64,000 nucleotides of DNA from the human T2T-CHM13v2.0 reference genome, Homo sapiens, in NCBI RefSeq assembly GCF_009914755.1, contig NC_060936.1. The stretch is one strand, 5' to 3'. Every line of letters starts with the position of its first letter. The stretch's first letter is position 1. This document shows, piece after piece, positions 17,986 to 40,672 of the stretch. The notes under the pieces are model-generated. The model was not told the DNA's origin. It saw nothing but the letters and a program-made list of their open reading frames with translations, and did no database searches. Made by a program: the position numbers and the translations under genes.

Positions 17986-18569
17986 TGATCCCAGCACTTT
18001 GGGAGGCCCGGGCGGAGAGATCACTTGAGGCCAGAAGTTCGAGACTAGCCTGGCCAGCATGGTGAAACCCCATCTCTATCAAAAATACAAAAATTAGCCC
18101 GGTGTGGTGGCGGTGCCCGTAATCCCAGCTACTCAGGAGGCTGAAGCACGAGAACCACTTGAACCGGGAGGCAGAGAGATCGCACCACTACCCTCCAGCC
18201 TGGACGACAGACCAAGACTGTTTCAAAAAAAAAAAAAAAAGTCTGGGCACAGTGGCTCACGCCTGTAATCCCAGCACTTTGGGAGGCCAAGGTGGGCAGA
18301 TCACGAAGTCAGGAGTTCAAGTCCAGCCTGACCAGCATGGTGAAACCCCGTCTCTACTTAAAAAAAAATGCAAAAATTAGCCAGGCATGGTGGCGCGCGC
18401 CTGTAATCCCAACTACTCAGGAGGCTGAGGCAGGAGAATCGCTTGAAACCCGGGAGGCAGAGGTTGCAGTGAGCCGAGATCATGCCACTGCACTCCAGCC
18501 TGGGTGACAGAGCAAGACTCCATCTCAAAAACAAAACAAAACAAAACAAAAACACAAAAAAAAAACCAC

Positions 18570-19060
18570 CTGGGAACAACTTCCTATATGTTCATCAAAG
18601 GAATGGATAAATGAAACTCATTATAGTTGTTTGATGGAATACCATCTAATAGATAAAAGGGGTGCACTGGATCTGTACTGACATAAGGAAATCCCAAAAA
18701 CATAATGTTGAGTAAAACAGCAAGTTGCAGAATACAACATGATGTACAATTTGTGTGTACCTTAAAATCCCATGCAGTAGATACTGTTCATGGACACATG
18801 CTTACATACAAGATTTTTAAAGTCAAAGAGAAGAATATACATTAAATTCATGACAGTGTGCCACAAAGAAGGAAAAAAGCACAGAACGGGACAGGGAGCA
18901 TAAGGAATGTTGTAAAGTTTTATTCCTTTTAGTACTTATAAATGGCTGTGAGGCAAATGGCAAACTGTTAGCAATAGTCAATTCTGAATGGGGGATGCAT
19001 AGTCCCGTATTTTTCTATATTCTCATATTTTCTCCCCCCCCCCCCCCCAAAAAAAATATG
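18570..19060 (+). mobile_element. Ancient L1M(E-like) 3' fragment
   Basis: Degenerate L1 3'UTR (ggaatggataaatgaaac...cataatgttgagtaaaa). Confidence 0.5.
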
Positions 19061-19098
19061 TATCAGGCCTGGTGGAGATTATCTGGGGCACTTTAAGG

Positions 19099-19574
19099 CA
19101 GGGTCAGCAAACTTTGTAAAGGGCCAGATAGTAAATATTTTAGGCTTTGCAAGCCATAGGCTCTGTAATGCAGCTACTCAACCCTGCCATCCTAGCAGCC
19201 ACAGGAAATAGTAAATGAATGCATGCGGCAGTGTTCCAATAAAACTTTATTTACAGACACTGAAAACTGAATTTCATATGATTTTCATAAGTCACAAAAT
19301 ATTACTGTTTTGGTTTTTATTTAACCATTGAAAAATGTGAAAGGCCAGGTGTGGTGGCTTACACCTACACGCGTGATTACAATCTTAGCACTCTGGGAGG
19401 CCGAGGGGGCAGGATCACTTGAGCCTAGAAGTTTGAGACCAGCCTGGACAACATGGCAAGACCCATCTTGACAAAAAGAAAAAAGAAAAACGTAAAAACC
19501 ATTCTTAGCAGGCCATAAAAAACAGGTGGCATGACAGATTTAGCTTATGGGCAATAAATAGTTTGGCAACCCTG
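19099..19574. mobile_element. MER58B hAT-Charlie element with an Alu monomer insertion
   Basis: Terminal inverted repeats cagggtcagcaaact ... agtttggcaaccctg; internal gtaaagggccagatagtaaatattttagg. Confidence 0.75.
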
Positions 19575-20366
19575 CTTTACTAAGGTAACCAAAATAGATT
19601 TGGGTGTCCTTTCCTGTTACTGGATGTCTTTTCCTGGTACTTGTTAAACAATTCTGTATGTTTACATCATGTTACTAAATTGCCTGTGTTTTATTAGAAC
19701 ACTGTAGCTCACACAGGCAGAAACTTAGATATACACACAGCTGTGTAAACTTAAAAGCCAATTAAGTAAGAAAGGTTGGGAAGTGCCCCTACAAATCCAA
19801 ACCCTAGCTCAAGAGTTGCTTTTCCTGATGGTTTCCTGAAATGCTGTGAGCCAGGCCCTCCCTGCCCGCTCCTCTCTCTGATGTCTTAAAGCAAGGACTG
19901 TACCATTTATTTGATGCTCAGCCACCTCCCTTCCTTCTTTATTCCTTCCTTTTTCACTCTGTGTTTTGACTTGCCAATAGACCTATATCTTCCTGGCATC
20001 TAGGCAGGTACCACATCTGAAACCTTTGTATACTCTCCGCATTGTGGGTGACAGCAATGACCCTGAAGTCAGATAGATTTTGTTCACATCCCAGTTTCAC
20101 TAGTTACCAGCTCTGTGGCCTTGGGCAAATGACTTGATCTCTCCCAATTTGGTTTCGTCAGCTGTCAAATGGGGATAATAATAGTATCTAGCTCACAGGT
20201 TTCCCATGAGGTTTAAATCTAACGATGTATGTATGTAAAGATACTAGCTCTGTGCTTGGTACATAAGTCTTCAATGATGCTAACTAATTAAAATTAGCAC
20301 AAAGCTAAAACCCCCATCAATATATGTGCTTTCCTTATTAAAGTTAATTAGAACAGGACAGAAACA

Positions 20367-20943
20367 TCACAGTTGCAATTCTTTTTTTTTTTTTTTTTTG
20401 AGACGGAGTTTTGCTCTTGCTGCCTGGTCTCACAGTTGCAATTCTTTTTTTTTTTTTTTTTTTGAGACGGAGTTTTGCTCTTGCTGCCTGGTCTCACAGT
20501 TGCAATTGTTTTTTTTTTTTTTTTTGAGACGGAGTTTTGCTCTTGCTGCCTGGTCTCACAGTTGCAATTCTTTTTTTTTTTTTTTTTTTGAGACGGAGTT
20601 TTGCTCTTGCTGCCTGGTCTCACAGTTGCAATTCTTTTTTTTTTTTTTTGAGACGGAGTTTTGCTCTTGCTGCCTGGTCTCACAGTTGCAATTCTTTTTT
20701 TTTTTTTTTTTGAGACGGAGTTTTGCTCTTGCTGCCTGGTCTCACAGTTGCAATTCTTTTTTTTTTTTTTTGAGACGGAGTTTTGCTCTTGCTGCCTGGT
20801 CTCACAGTTGCAATTCTTTTTTTTTTTTTTTTTTGAGACGGAGTTTTGCTCTTGCTGCCTGGTCTCACAGTTGCAATTCTTTTTTTTTTTTTTTTTGAGA
20901 CGGAGTTTTGCTCTTGCTGCCTGGTCTCACAGTTGCAATTCTT
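20367..20943 (-). repeat. Tandem array: 9 x (30-nt Alu 3' end + A15-19 tail) separated by 10 copies of a 15-17-bp TSD-like spacer
   Basis: Unit on +: TCACAGTTGCAATTC-(T)n-GAGACGGAGTTTTGCTCTTGCTGCCTGGTC; period 60-64 bp; T runs 18,19,17,19,15,17,15,18,17; one substitution (C>G at 20508). Confidence 0.97.
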
Positions 20944-20946
20944 CTA

Positions 20947-21348
<402 letters not shown>

Positions 21349-21634
21349 CTATTCTAGGCAAACAGATCTTGTTGTCCTGACAACAGATTGCCAAGAAAAT
21401 AAGTAAACAAAGCATCTGAATCATATTTTTACAGAAAACTTGAACAGTACAAGGGAGGGGCTGGAAGCAAGAGTGTAAAATTACCTCACCCCCAAGGACA
21501 GCACTGTAATTTCCTGCGGAGGTTTCATCCTTCCTTTCTGAACCGTGTGCCGCTCATGTTGCTCACTGGAATGTTCCACCTCCCAAACCTTGAACATCCA
21601 GATGCAGACAGCAGGATTCATCACACCAATGTAC

Positions 21635-22274
21635 TGGGAAAGGAAAAGAAATCTGGGGACCCCAAACTCACTAAGCCAAAGGGAAAAGTCAAGCTGGGAA
21701 TTGGGTCATGCAAACCCGCCTCCCATTTTGGTTCCTAAATAAGGTGGCTACAAAGATGAAAAGCGACACACCTCCCTCACATTTTGCCCACAAGGAAATT
21801 CCTGGCGGCCCCCAAGATCTTTACCCTAAAGCAGTTCTGTTGAAGTTCTCCAAGGCAATGTAAATGGATAGCTTATCTTCACAGGTGCGGGGGACATAGG
21901 ACAGAACTCAAAGTCATCCCTCTACTCACCTGAGACAAATGCGTATCTGATTGCTTCCTTGGCCCTATCTTCTATGTTATCTTATATAAAAATTCAGATT
22001 CGGCCCGGCGCGGTGGCTCACGCCTGTAATCCCAGCACTTTGGGAGGCCGAGGTGGGCGGATCACAAGATCAGGAGATCGAGACCATCCTGGCTAACACA
22101 GTGAGACCCCATCTCTACTAAAAATACAAAAAATTAGCCGGGCGAGGTGGCGGGCGCCTGTAGTCCCAGCTACGCCGGAGGCTGAGGCAGGAGAATGGCG
22201 TGAACCCCAGGGGGCGGAGCCTGCAGTGACCCGAGATCGCGCCACTGCACTGCAGCCTGGGCGACAGCGAGACT

Positions 22275-22317
<43 letters not shown>

Positions 22318-22544
22318 GATTCACCAAGCCAGGCAAAGGGATGAATGACTATTTTTCCCCTACCCACTCTCACATGAAAATTGTGTATTTCTCAGTATCC
22401 TGCCCTTTCCCCTTTAAATACTGAAGCCTTCAAAATCATTTTCGGAGAAAGGCATACACCTGTCTCCCAGGTAGTTCCTTAACTTTGGCAAGTAAGCCTC
22501 CTAAAATGATTGAGACTTGCCTGGGTCATTTTCTTTGATTTACA
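21635..22544 (+). mobile_element. MER4-group (ERV1) solo LTR with an internal AluY
   Basis: Starts tgggaaaggaaaagaaatctggggaccccaaactcactaagccaaagggaaaagtcaagctggg, ends aaaatgattgagacttg...ttaca; 4-bp flanks gtac/gcac. Confidence 0.75.
22002..22312 (+). mobile_element. AluY (AluYe-like diagnostics) with a ~37-nt pure A tail
   Basis: gggcgaggtggcggg, ggggcggagcctgcag, gcgacagcgagac; TSD ttcagattc. Confidence 0.75.
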
Positions 22545-22643
22545 GCACTTGTTGAATTTTTTTTTTTCCCATTCACCAGGACAGTAGAAAAACGCTGTCG
22601 CTAGCTAGGCGTGGTGGCAGGCACCTGTAATCCCAGCTACTTA

Positions 22644-22844
<201 letters not shown>

Positions 22845-22951
22845 TCAGGAGTCCGAGACCAGCCTGGCCAACATGGTGAAACCCTGTCTCTGCTAAAAAA
22901 TTCAAAAATTAGCCAGGTATGTTAGCACGTGCCTGTTATCCCAGCTACTCA

Positions 22952-23104
<153 letters not shown>

Positions 23105-23363
23105 TCAGGCTCAGAGGCACGCGCATGCAGTCCCAGCTACTTGGGAGGCTGAGGCAAGAGGATCACTTGAGCCTCAGATTTCAAGGCCAGCCTGGGCAAC
23201 ATAGTGAAACTATCTCTAAAAAAGAAAAGAAAAATGCTGTCAGAAAGAAGATCTTGAGAAGTTTCACTTCAACAGGCAGTGAGATTACTAGTCCCAAACA
23301 TAAACAACATCATAGAAGAAGAAGTGATGGGGGCACAGATGAGGAGGCTTTTCATTTGTCTCA

Positions 23364-23671
<308 letters not shown>

Positions 23672-24429
23672 TCAAAAAAAAAAAAAAGAAAGAAAGAAAA
23701 AGAAACAGGAAAAAAAAAAGCCAGTGTAACCACCCAAAAATATTAGGACCAAATTTAAAACACTTTGAACAAGTAGAAATATTCAGAGTATGGAGGTGAA
23801 TACAAAGGCAGCCTGGTGATGTGAGAAAGAGCCTAGGCTGTGGAGCCCATCACTTCTGGGGCTGAATCCTGATTCTGGTCCTCACCAAGGTCGGGGCTGG
23901 GTCAGGCCCAACCTCCAGGGCCCGCTTTCCTGCCTGTAAAACAGGGATGATGTTTAGCTCACAAGCATTAGAGATGGTATGTGTGGAAGTACATAGCAGT
24001 GTCTGGCCCACATTGGGCACTACGTAAATAACAACTAATATTATCGTTTATGTGTTCAACAAACTGAAAAACAATGTTCACAAAAACAGGACAGTACTTT
24101 TGAAAATTCTAAGGGTAGGCCCAGCCCTGGAACCTATCAGCAGCGTGGCCTTGAGCAAGTAACTTAACCCCCTTATGCCTCCATCCTATCCTGTTCAATG
24201 GAATTCATGCTATTGCTAACTCTTGGAATTACTGTGAAGATTAAACGTGTTAATATAGCTAAGAACTTAAAACAGGGCACACGGCTGCTGGGTAGAGTTC
24301 CCACTGTGCCACCAGGTCAGAACACCTTTTTCCTTCTCTCCCTTAGAGGATACATCCTGAAGATCTTGGGTATAGACCCGAATGCCTGCTGCTTAAAAAG
24401 CTTCAATTCCGGCCAGGTGCGGTGGGTCA

Positions 24430-24749
<320 letters not shown>

Positions 24750-25043
24750 TTAACCAGACGATCAATTCTTATACCCTTAAACCACTCATCATCACATCAT
24801 TATGAAATTATTGACTCCTTTTTTTCCCCCCACCAAATGCTCTATCAGGAGAAAAGCCAGTTAGCTGTCACCCCGACAGTTCTGAGTTTTGGGGTCACAA
24901 ATGTCTCTACTTTTCATTCAACCCACTCTGCTATCAGGGAGGAGACAAGCCCCTCAATCAACAAATCTAAGTCACAGATAGCAGGAGACCCCAGACCCCT
25001 TCTATTAGCTTTGGATTTAGGCCCTGTCTCCCTGCTAGGGTGA

Positions 25044-25596
<553 letters not shown>

Positions 25597-25795
25597 TGAA
25601 CAACCTGACCCCATTTATTCAACCTTCTGCTGAGGCAGAGTAGCTAAGGCCACTTCTTAAATTGAAAGGCTCTTACTTTAAATACATTAATCAAAAATGA
25701 CATCAGATGAAAAAATATACTTGAAAGAATAAAAAGGAACTGATAACAGTTACCTCCTAAGAGGAAGTAGTACTTTTTTTTTTTTCTTGAGATAG

Positions 25796-26051
<256 letters not shown>

Positions 26052-26373
26052 TGAAGAATTACTTTTTACTACATAGCCTTTAATATTATTCAATGTTTAC
26101 CATCTCTATATATAACCTTTCAAATGAATTTAAGATTTTCAGTCAACATACCAATTAGTCTCTATCTCTCCACCAAGTCTCTTGTTTCCAGAGCAGCTGT
26201 CTTTGGCCAGCAAATGTACCGTAATGGATACAACTGTTTTACACTGCTTCAAAGAGCCCTGAAGAGAAATTACTCCCCATCAGAAAAACTTTCTGATGGG
26301 AAATTTAACAGAGAAAGAACCAATAATAGGAGCTGCACAATTTAGTTGGTTCCCTGTTGCTTTATAAAGACTA

Positions 26374-27119
<746 letters not shown>

Positions 27120-27665
27120 TGATCCACCCGCCTCAGCCTCCCAAACTGCTGGGATTACAGGCGTGAGCCACCGCAGCCGGCCCCCTTAATTTATAATCAC
27201 CTTACTCATGATGAATTCCTGGACGTAATTTATCATCATCCCTCATTTATAGAGTTAAATATAGAAAAAAAAAGTGCCCATGCAGAATATATAAGAAAGC
27301 CAACATCTAGAAAGGGACTGAAAAATGCTCCTGGTCATTGGTCCAAAAATTATGAAAAAATCTTTTCCTTCTTAATCTCCAGTCAGGGACCAACAAGTCC
27401 TCGTGAGCAGCCACAGGAACCACAAGCGCTGGTTCAGTCCAACAAGGCAGGGAGGCCTCAGAAGAAAGTCCAAGCCTCATACAGACCTGCACTGACCACC
27501 CTGGAGAGATCTACCAATTCCAGGAAGAGCTCTTGTCTGAGAATAGGTGCTAAATGAATTTACATAATGATGGAGTGTGTACAATTTCTAATCAAGATAT
27601 TGGCAATTTTGCCCAGAGAGAACATAATCTGAGATGCTTGCACTAACTTGTTAGCAAAATACCCA

Positions 27666-27779
27666 TTTATTAAGAAAAAGTTGGTGTCCTTTGCTACCAA
27701 AAGGGAAGAAAAGGGGAATAAAACAAATACGTAGTTACTAGCAACAAAATAAGACAAACTAATCAGAATGCTGTTTATT
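27666..27779 (-). terminator. ANAPC5: ANAPC5 tandem polyadenylation signals (AATAAA at 27779-27774 and 27671-27666)
   Basis: TTTATT on the + strand at both positions, ~105 and ~210 nt after the stop, each followed by U/GU-rich sequence on the minus strand. Confidence 0.8.
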
Positions 27780-27882
27780 GACAAGATAGGGTGTCACAAA
27801 TACATCATTTATAGGGAGAGAGGGGACATGAACAAGTCCAAAATCTTATACTCTGCACAGCAGCCCAGCAGGGATGTCCTCT

Positions 27883-28094
27883 CTAGAGATGGTTTATCAA
27901 GGGTACCCCATGAGAGGGCAGCTCCTGATGCAGCTGCCGGAAGAGCATCGCACACCGGTTCCTCTCCTGGGTCTTCCCCAGGGTATGGTAGAGTCTGGCC
28001 TGGAAGTAAACGACGTCCCTGATGCGCTCTTTGCAGTCAACCTTTGCAAAATAGTTCTTGGCTTCATTGAGGTTCTCGATGGCAGCCTCCAGAG
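27883..28094 (-). CDS. ANAPC5: ANAPC5 last coding exon 17 (ALEAAIENL...GVPLINHL-stop)
   Basis: 212 nt to TAG at 27883-27885; cgtcag acceptor; matches the APC5 C-terminus. Confidence 0.97.
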
Positions 28095-28268
28095 CTGACG
28101 GAAAGGGGAAAATAACACACACATTTAACTCAACCCTTCACGTATAGTTTTCAAAACGTGGTATTTAGTTTTATTTGTTCAACAACTACCAGAAGATTCT
28201 TTTATATTCTCCATTCTTTGAGAGAGAAAAAACAAACCACTAGGGTGAGGTTTTCAAAAAGGTCTTTA

Positions 28269-28547
<279 letters not shown>

Positions 28548-29104
28548 TCAAAAAAAAAAAAAAAAAAAAAAAGGCCGGGCGCAGTGGCTCACACCTATAA
28601 TCCCAGCACTTTGGGAGGCTGAGGTGGGCAGATCACAAGGTCAGGAGTTCAAGATCAGCCTGACCAACATGGAGAAAGCCCTACTAAAAATACAAAAATT
28701 AGCCAGTCTTGGTGGTGTGCGCCTTTACATATTCAGGAGGCTGAGGCAGGAGAATTGCTTGAACCTGGAAGGCGGAGGTTGCAGTGAGCCGAGATCACGC
28801 CACTGCACTCCAGCCTGAGCTACAGAGTGAGACTTTGTCTCAAAAAAAAAAAAGTCTTTAACTCCTGACTTCTAGCCTGGTACTTGGCTCTATAGGGTTA
28901 AAATAGCCATTCACTTGTCCTCAATCTTTCTGCCAAGCATGCATGTGAAAGCACTTTAAATGCTGCATGAAATTTTAATATATATTTGTGAACACTCAGA
29001 ACTTAAATGCTGTCCCAAATTTAATGTCTTTTCTTCTTCTGGGTCCTAAACTTTCAATGCTTTCTGGAATAGCATTGCCTAACAGTCTTCGTACAGCTTC
29101 CTAC

Positions 29105-29267
29105 CTTCTGCTTTCTTCGGCTGATCGTAGGAAGCTGCTGAAGCCACCTGGCACTTGGCCACTAAGAACATGGCACGACCTTTGTCCAGGATAGCCCCGT
29201 CAGCCAAGATGGGCTCGATGGCCATGTGGAGAAGACTTAAGGCCTGTTCTGGGATTCCAAGAATGAG
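29105..29267 (-). CDS. ANAPC5: ANAPC5 coding exon 16 (LILGIPEQALSLL...DQPKKAE)
   Basis: 163 nt, tttcag acceptor, GTAGGA donor; inside ORF 29079..29309. Confidence 0.96.
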
Positions 29268-29864
29268 CTGAAAAAGAAACATCATGGCACTGTACATACC
29301 CAAACCCACTGCCCTTCACCAGGAAGCGTTTCATTTCTGGCAGTTCTCTCCTGAATGGCTATCTCTGGCTTACCTTTTACCTGACATGTACTACGTTAAA
29401 ACAGGAACCACATTCCTAGAAAACACAACATGTGACAATCTGATTTCAGACTATGACAAATATAGCAGGGGGCGGTTATTCACACTATGAAAAGGTTCTT
29501 GTCTTTACAAAAAGATCCAGCATTAATATCCTTTAGCTTGGTGATTCTGAGGGGTTGAACTAGGTGGGAGAAAGGTAACAATCCAGAAAATAACTCAAAA
29601 GAATAAAGCAAAAGAAACAAGAGATTCCGGTTGGTGTTAGTATGTTTAAAAAAAAAAGAGAGAGAGAATTAAAATGGTACACTAGAGCTGGGCACAGTGG
29701 CTCATGCCTATAATCCCAACACTTTGGGAGCATGAGGCAGGAAGATCACTTGAGGCCATGAGTTCAAGACCAGCCTGGGCAACACAGCAAGACCCTGTCT
29801 CAAAAAACAAATTTAAAACAATTAGCTGAGCATGGTTGCACATGCCTGCAGTCCCAGTTACTCA

Positions 29865-36990
<7,126 letters not shown>

Positions 36991-37009
36991 AGAATCACTG
37001 AGGAAGGTA

Positions 37010-37143
37010 GTAAGAAACAGATTCCTTAGCTCCACCCCTAGAGATTCTGACTCCGTAGGTCTGAGGCAAGGCCTCAGGTACGAAGATATTTTTTAAATCT
37101 CCGCAATAATTCTAATGTACAGCCAGTTTGGAGAACCTCCACT
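37010..37143. mobile_element. MER5-like DNA transposon fragment
   Basis: agattctgactccgtaggtctgagg...ttctaatgtacagccagtttggagaacc. Confidence 0.55.
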
Positions 37144-37686
37144 TTAATTAATAAATTCTTCCAGTGCGTTTGACCTTCACTCATTCATTGATTAATATTT
37201 ATTGAAAGCCTTCTATGTGTAGGGCCTATAAGGTACTAGGGAATATAGATGAAAATGAAGAGTCAATTCCTTCATGGCCTTTACTGGGGGAGAAAGAAAA
37301 CAAACATAAAATACAATTTGATTTCCAAAAGCTTTCAATGAACATCTGTGTTCCTCATTTCTTTATTCACATCCCCTTGTTGCTAAATCAAGCATCACTC
37401 TGTGTCAGCTAATCATTAATATGATGCAGGTGTTCTCACTGAAGAGGCGAGTCCTCCTTACTGAATACACAGCTCAGGAAAGCCAGTGCCACTGGAAAGT
37501 GTCAGTTTGTCACCAGGTTCACACCTCCACAGGCCTCCTTGGAGGGCTTGCACAGGAAGACTACCTTTCCAGACGTCAATATGAACAAATGAAAACTCAT
37601 TATTATCCTTTCAATACTCAAACGTAGTCACAGACTCACCAGCTCTTGAGCACAAATATGTGCTATAAAAACAGAGATCGGCTTAC

Positions 37687-37834
37687 CTGCGCAAAAGCCA
37701 AGTTCAGCACTGTTTCAGAGGCCAAGTACTGTAACCGGTACTCCTTGGAGAGGGCCAGAGCCTGCAGGAGCATGGGCAGCGCGATGGTAGGGGAGGAAGA
37801 TCGCCAGTACAGCTCTGCCACGGACAGTAGGACA
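37687..37834 (-). CDS. ANAPC5: ANAPC5 coding exon 15 (VLLSVAELYWRSSSP...LNLAFAQ)
   Basis: 148 nt, gtcag acceptor, GTAAGC donor; inside ORF 37663..37881. Confidence 0.96.
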
Positions 37835-37910
37835 CTGACCGTAAAGAGGAAAACACAGGATGAGAAGATCCACCACCACATCTCCGTGAGATGTACAAGA
37901 GACCCCTTAC

Positions 37911-38018
37911 CTGATCACCATTTCTGTGTTCTTCAGTTTCTGACAATGAACCAACAATTTTTGTAAAAGCTTATGTGCCTCTGACATTTGGTTCTGAGCT
38001 TGTAATACAACCGCTTTC
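37911..38018 (-). CDS. ANAPC5: ANAPC5 coding exon 14 (KAVVLQAQNQMSEAH...TEMVI)
   Basis: 108 nt, ttcag acceptor, GTAAGG donor. Confidence 0.96.
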
Positions 38019-38267
38019 CTGAAACAGAATCAAAATGAACACAAGTGTTTTAACTAGTCACTTTGAGGGTAAGAATCTCAATTTATTCAATTGCGCTATA
38101 AACCTCCCAAGGGAAAAAACTGTGCCTGATTTAATTTTTGTTGAAAGAGGCTGAGCGCGGTGGCTCACACCTGTAATCCCAGCACTTTGGGAGGCCGAGG
38201 CGGGCGAATCACAAGGTTAGGAGCTCGAGACCAGCCTGGCCAACATGGTGAAACCCTGCCTCTACTA

Positions 38268-38570
<303 letters not shown>

Positions 38571-38580
38571 TTATAGATAA

Positions 38581-38817
<237 letters not shown>

Positions 38818-39101
38818 TAGTAGAGAGAGGGTTTCACCATGTTGGCCAGGCTGGTCTCAAACTCCTGACTTCAAGTGATGCGCCCGCCTCAGCCTCCCAA
38901 AGTGCTGGGATTACAGGTGTAAGTCACCATGCCCAGTTACAGGTGTAAGTCACCATGCCCAGCTGCTTACCTGTATTTTCTTATTTATTAAGAAAATAAA
39001 GTTTTTTTCTAAGCTAAAATAAATTAATGCACATATAAAACAAAAACAAAACCATTTAACAATTATTTTATTCTGGGGTTAGAGTTTTCAAGGTTTCTTA
39101 C

Positions 39102-39223
39102 CTATAAACACCCTCTATGCTATTGAGAGCTGTGATTCCTGTAACAAGTGAATCAGCCAAATGATATTTGCCATCATTCATTGCTCTGTCAAACTGTATT
39201 TTTTGATCACATAGCATCCATAA
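39102..39223 (-). CDS. ANAPC5: ANAPC5 coding exon 13 (LWMLCDQKIQFD...SIEGVY)
   Basis: 122 nt, ttactag acceptor, GTAAGA donor. Confidence 0.96.
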
Positions 39224-39789
39224 CTAGTAAGAAAAAAAAACACAATTAAGTACAAAATGGCAAATGTTCATCTTAATGAGTATATGAAAGTATTTTGGAT
39301 TGCTTAGCAAATATCCTTACAATAATTCACACATATTCTTTTTTGGGGGGATTTAAAAATTTTTTAAAATATCTCAAGTATGTGAAAAAGCACAGAGAAT
39401 AAAATAGCAGATACATGTGTGCCAATCATCAACTTTGTCAACTCACATTTTGCTTTATCTGCTTCATATACTATTAGATACCAATGAAGTCCTTTGCAAA
39501 TTCTACGTCTCTTTCTCTTTTTTCAAAGTAGGCACTCAATTTGGTATTTATCATTCTCATTCATGTTTTTTATACTTTTACAACATATACCCTTGTCTCT
39601 AAACAACATAGAGTATGAGCCTGTGTTTTTAAACTTTATATAAATAATATCATACTTGTAAGCATCCTTTGACAAGTTCCTTTTTAGCTCAATATTATTT
39701 TTCTGAGGGGAGATTATGTCCCACTTTATATTATAATAAAAGCTATTTTTATCAGAAATAAATCTATTGCCATGCAAAAGGCAGATTAC

Positions 39790-39864
39790 CTGGGCGTGCT
39801 GACTATTAGGCGGAAATCGTTCCTTCAAGTGCTTTAACACTTCAGAAGCTGCAGCAAAACAGCC
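39790..39864 (-). CDS. ANAPC5: ANAPC5 coding exon 12 (GCFAAASEVLKHLKERFPPNSQHAQ)
   Basis: 75 nt, ctttag acceptor, GTAATC donor. Confidence 0.96.
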
Positions 39865-39978
39865 CTAAAGTAGAAACACACAATTTGATCAGCATAACCT
39901 GTGTTGAATCCACACCTGCTGTACCATGCACAGATGGTGACAGATTCACCTGTTCCCGTTCTTGATGCAGCAACCTGA

Positions 39979-40131
<153 letters not shown>

Positions 40132-40371
40132 TGAGTAGCTGGGACCACAGGTGCCTGCCACCATGTCCGGCTAATTTTTTTGTATTTTTAGTAGAGACGG
40201 GGTTTCACTGTGTTAGCCAGGATGGTCTCGATCTCCTGACCTCGTGATCTGCCCGCCTCAGCCTCCCAAAGTGCTGGAATTACAGGCGTGAGCCACCATG
40301 CCTGGCCAGAGACTCAAATTTCTAAGGGCCATTATTTAAAGGCTAATACAATTTATTTTAAAAATATTTTA

Positions 40372-40672
<301 letters not shown>

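Noticed and set aside
20367-20943. CRISPR array
   Set aside because: The layout is repeat-spacer-like, but the 'spacers' are identical or homopolymeric, the unit is Alu-derived, there are no cas genes, and the context is primate.
27768-28124. Antisense or alternative-frame ORFs over ANAPC5 exon 17 (and similarly over exons 11 and 15)
   Set aside because: Shadows of the real coding exons; only one frame matches the spliced APC5 chain.
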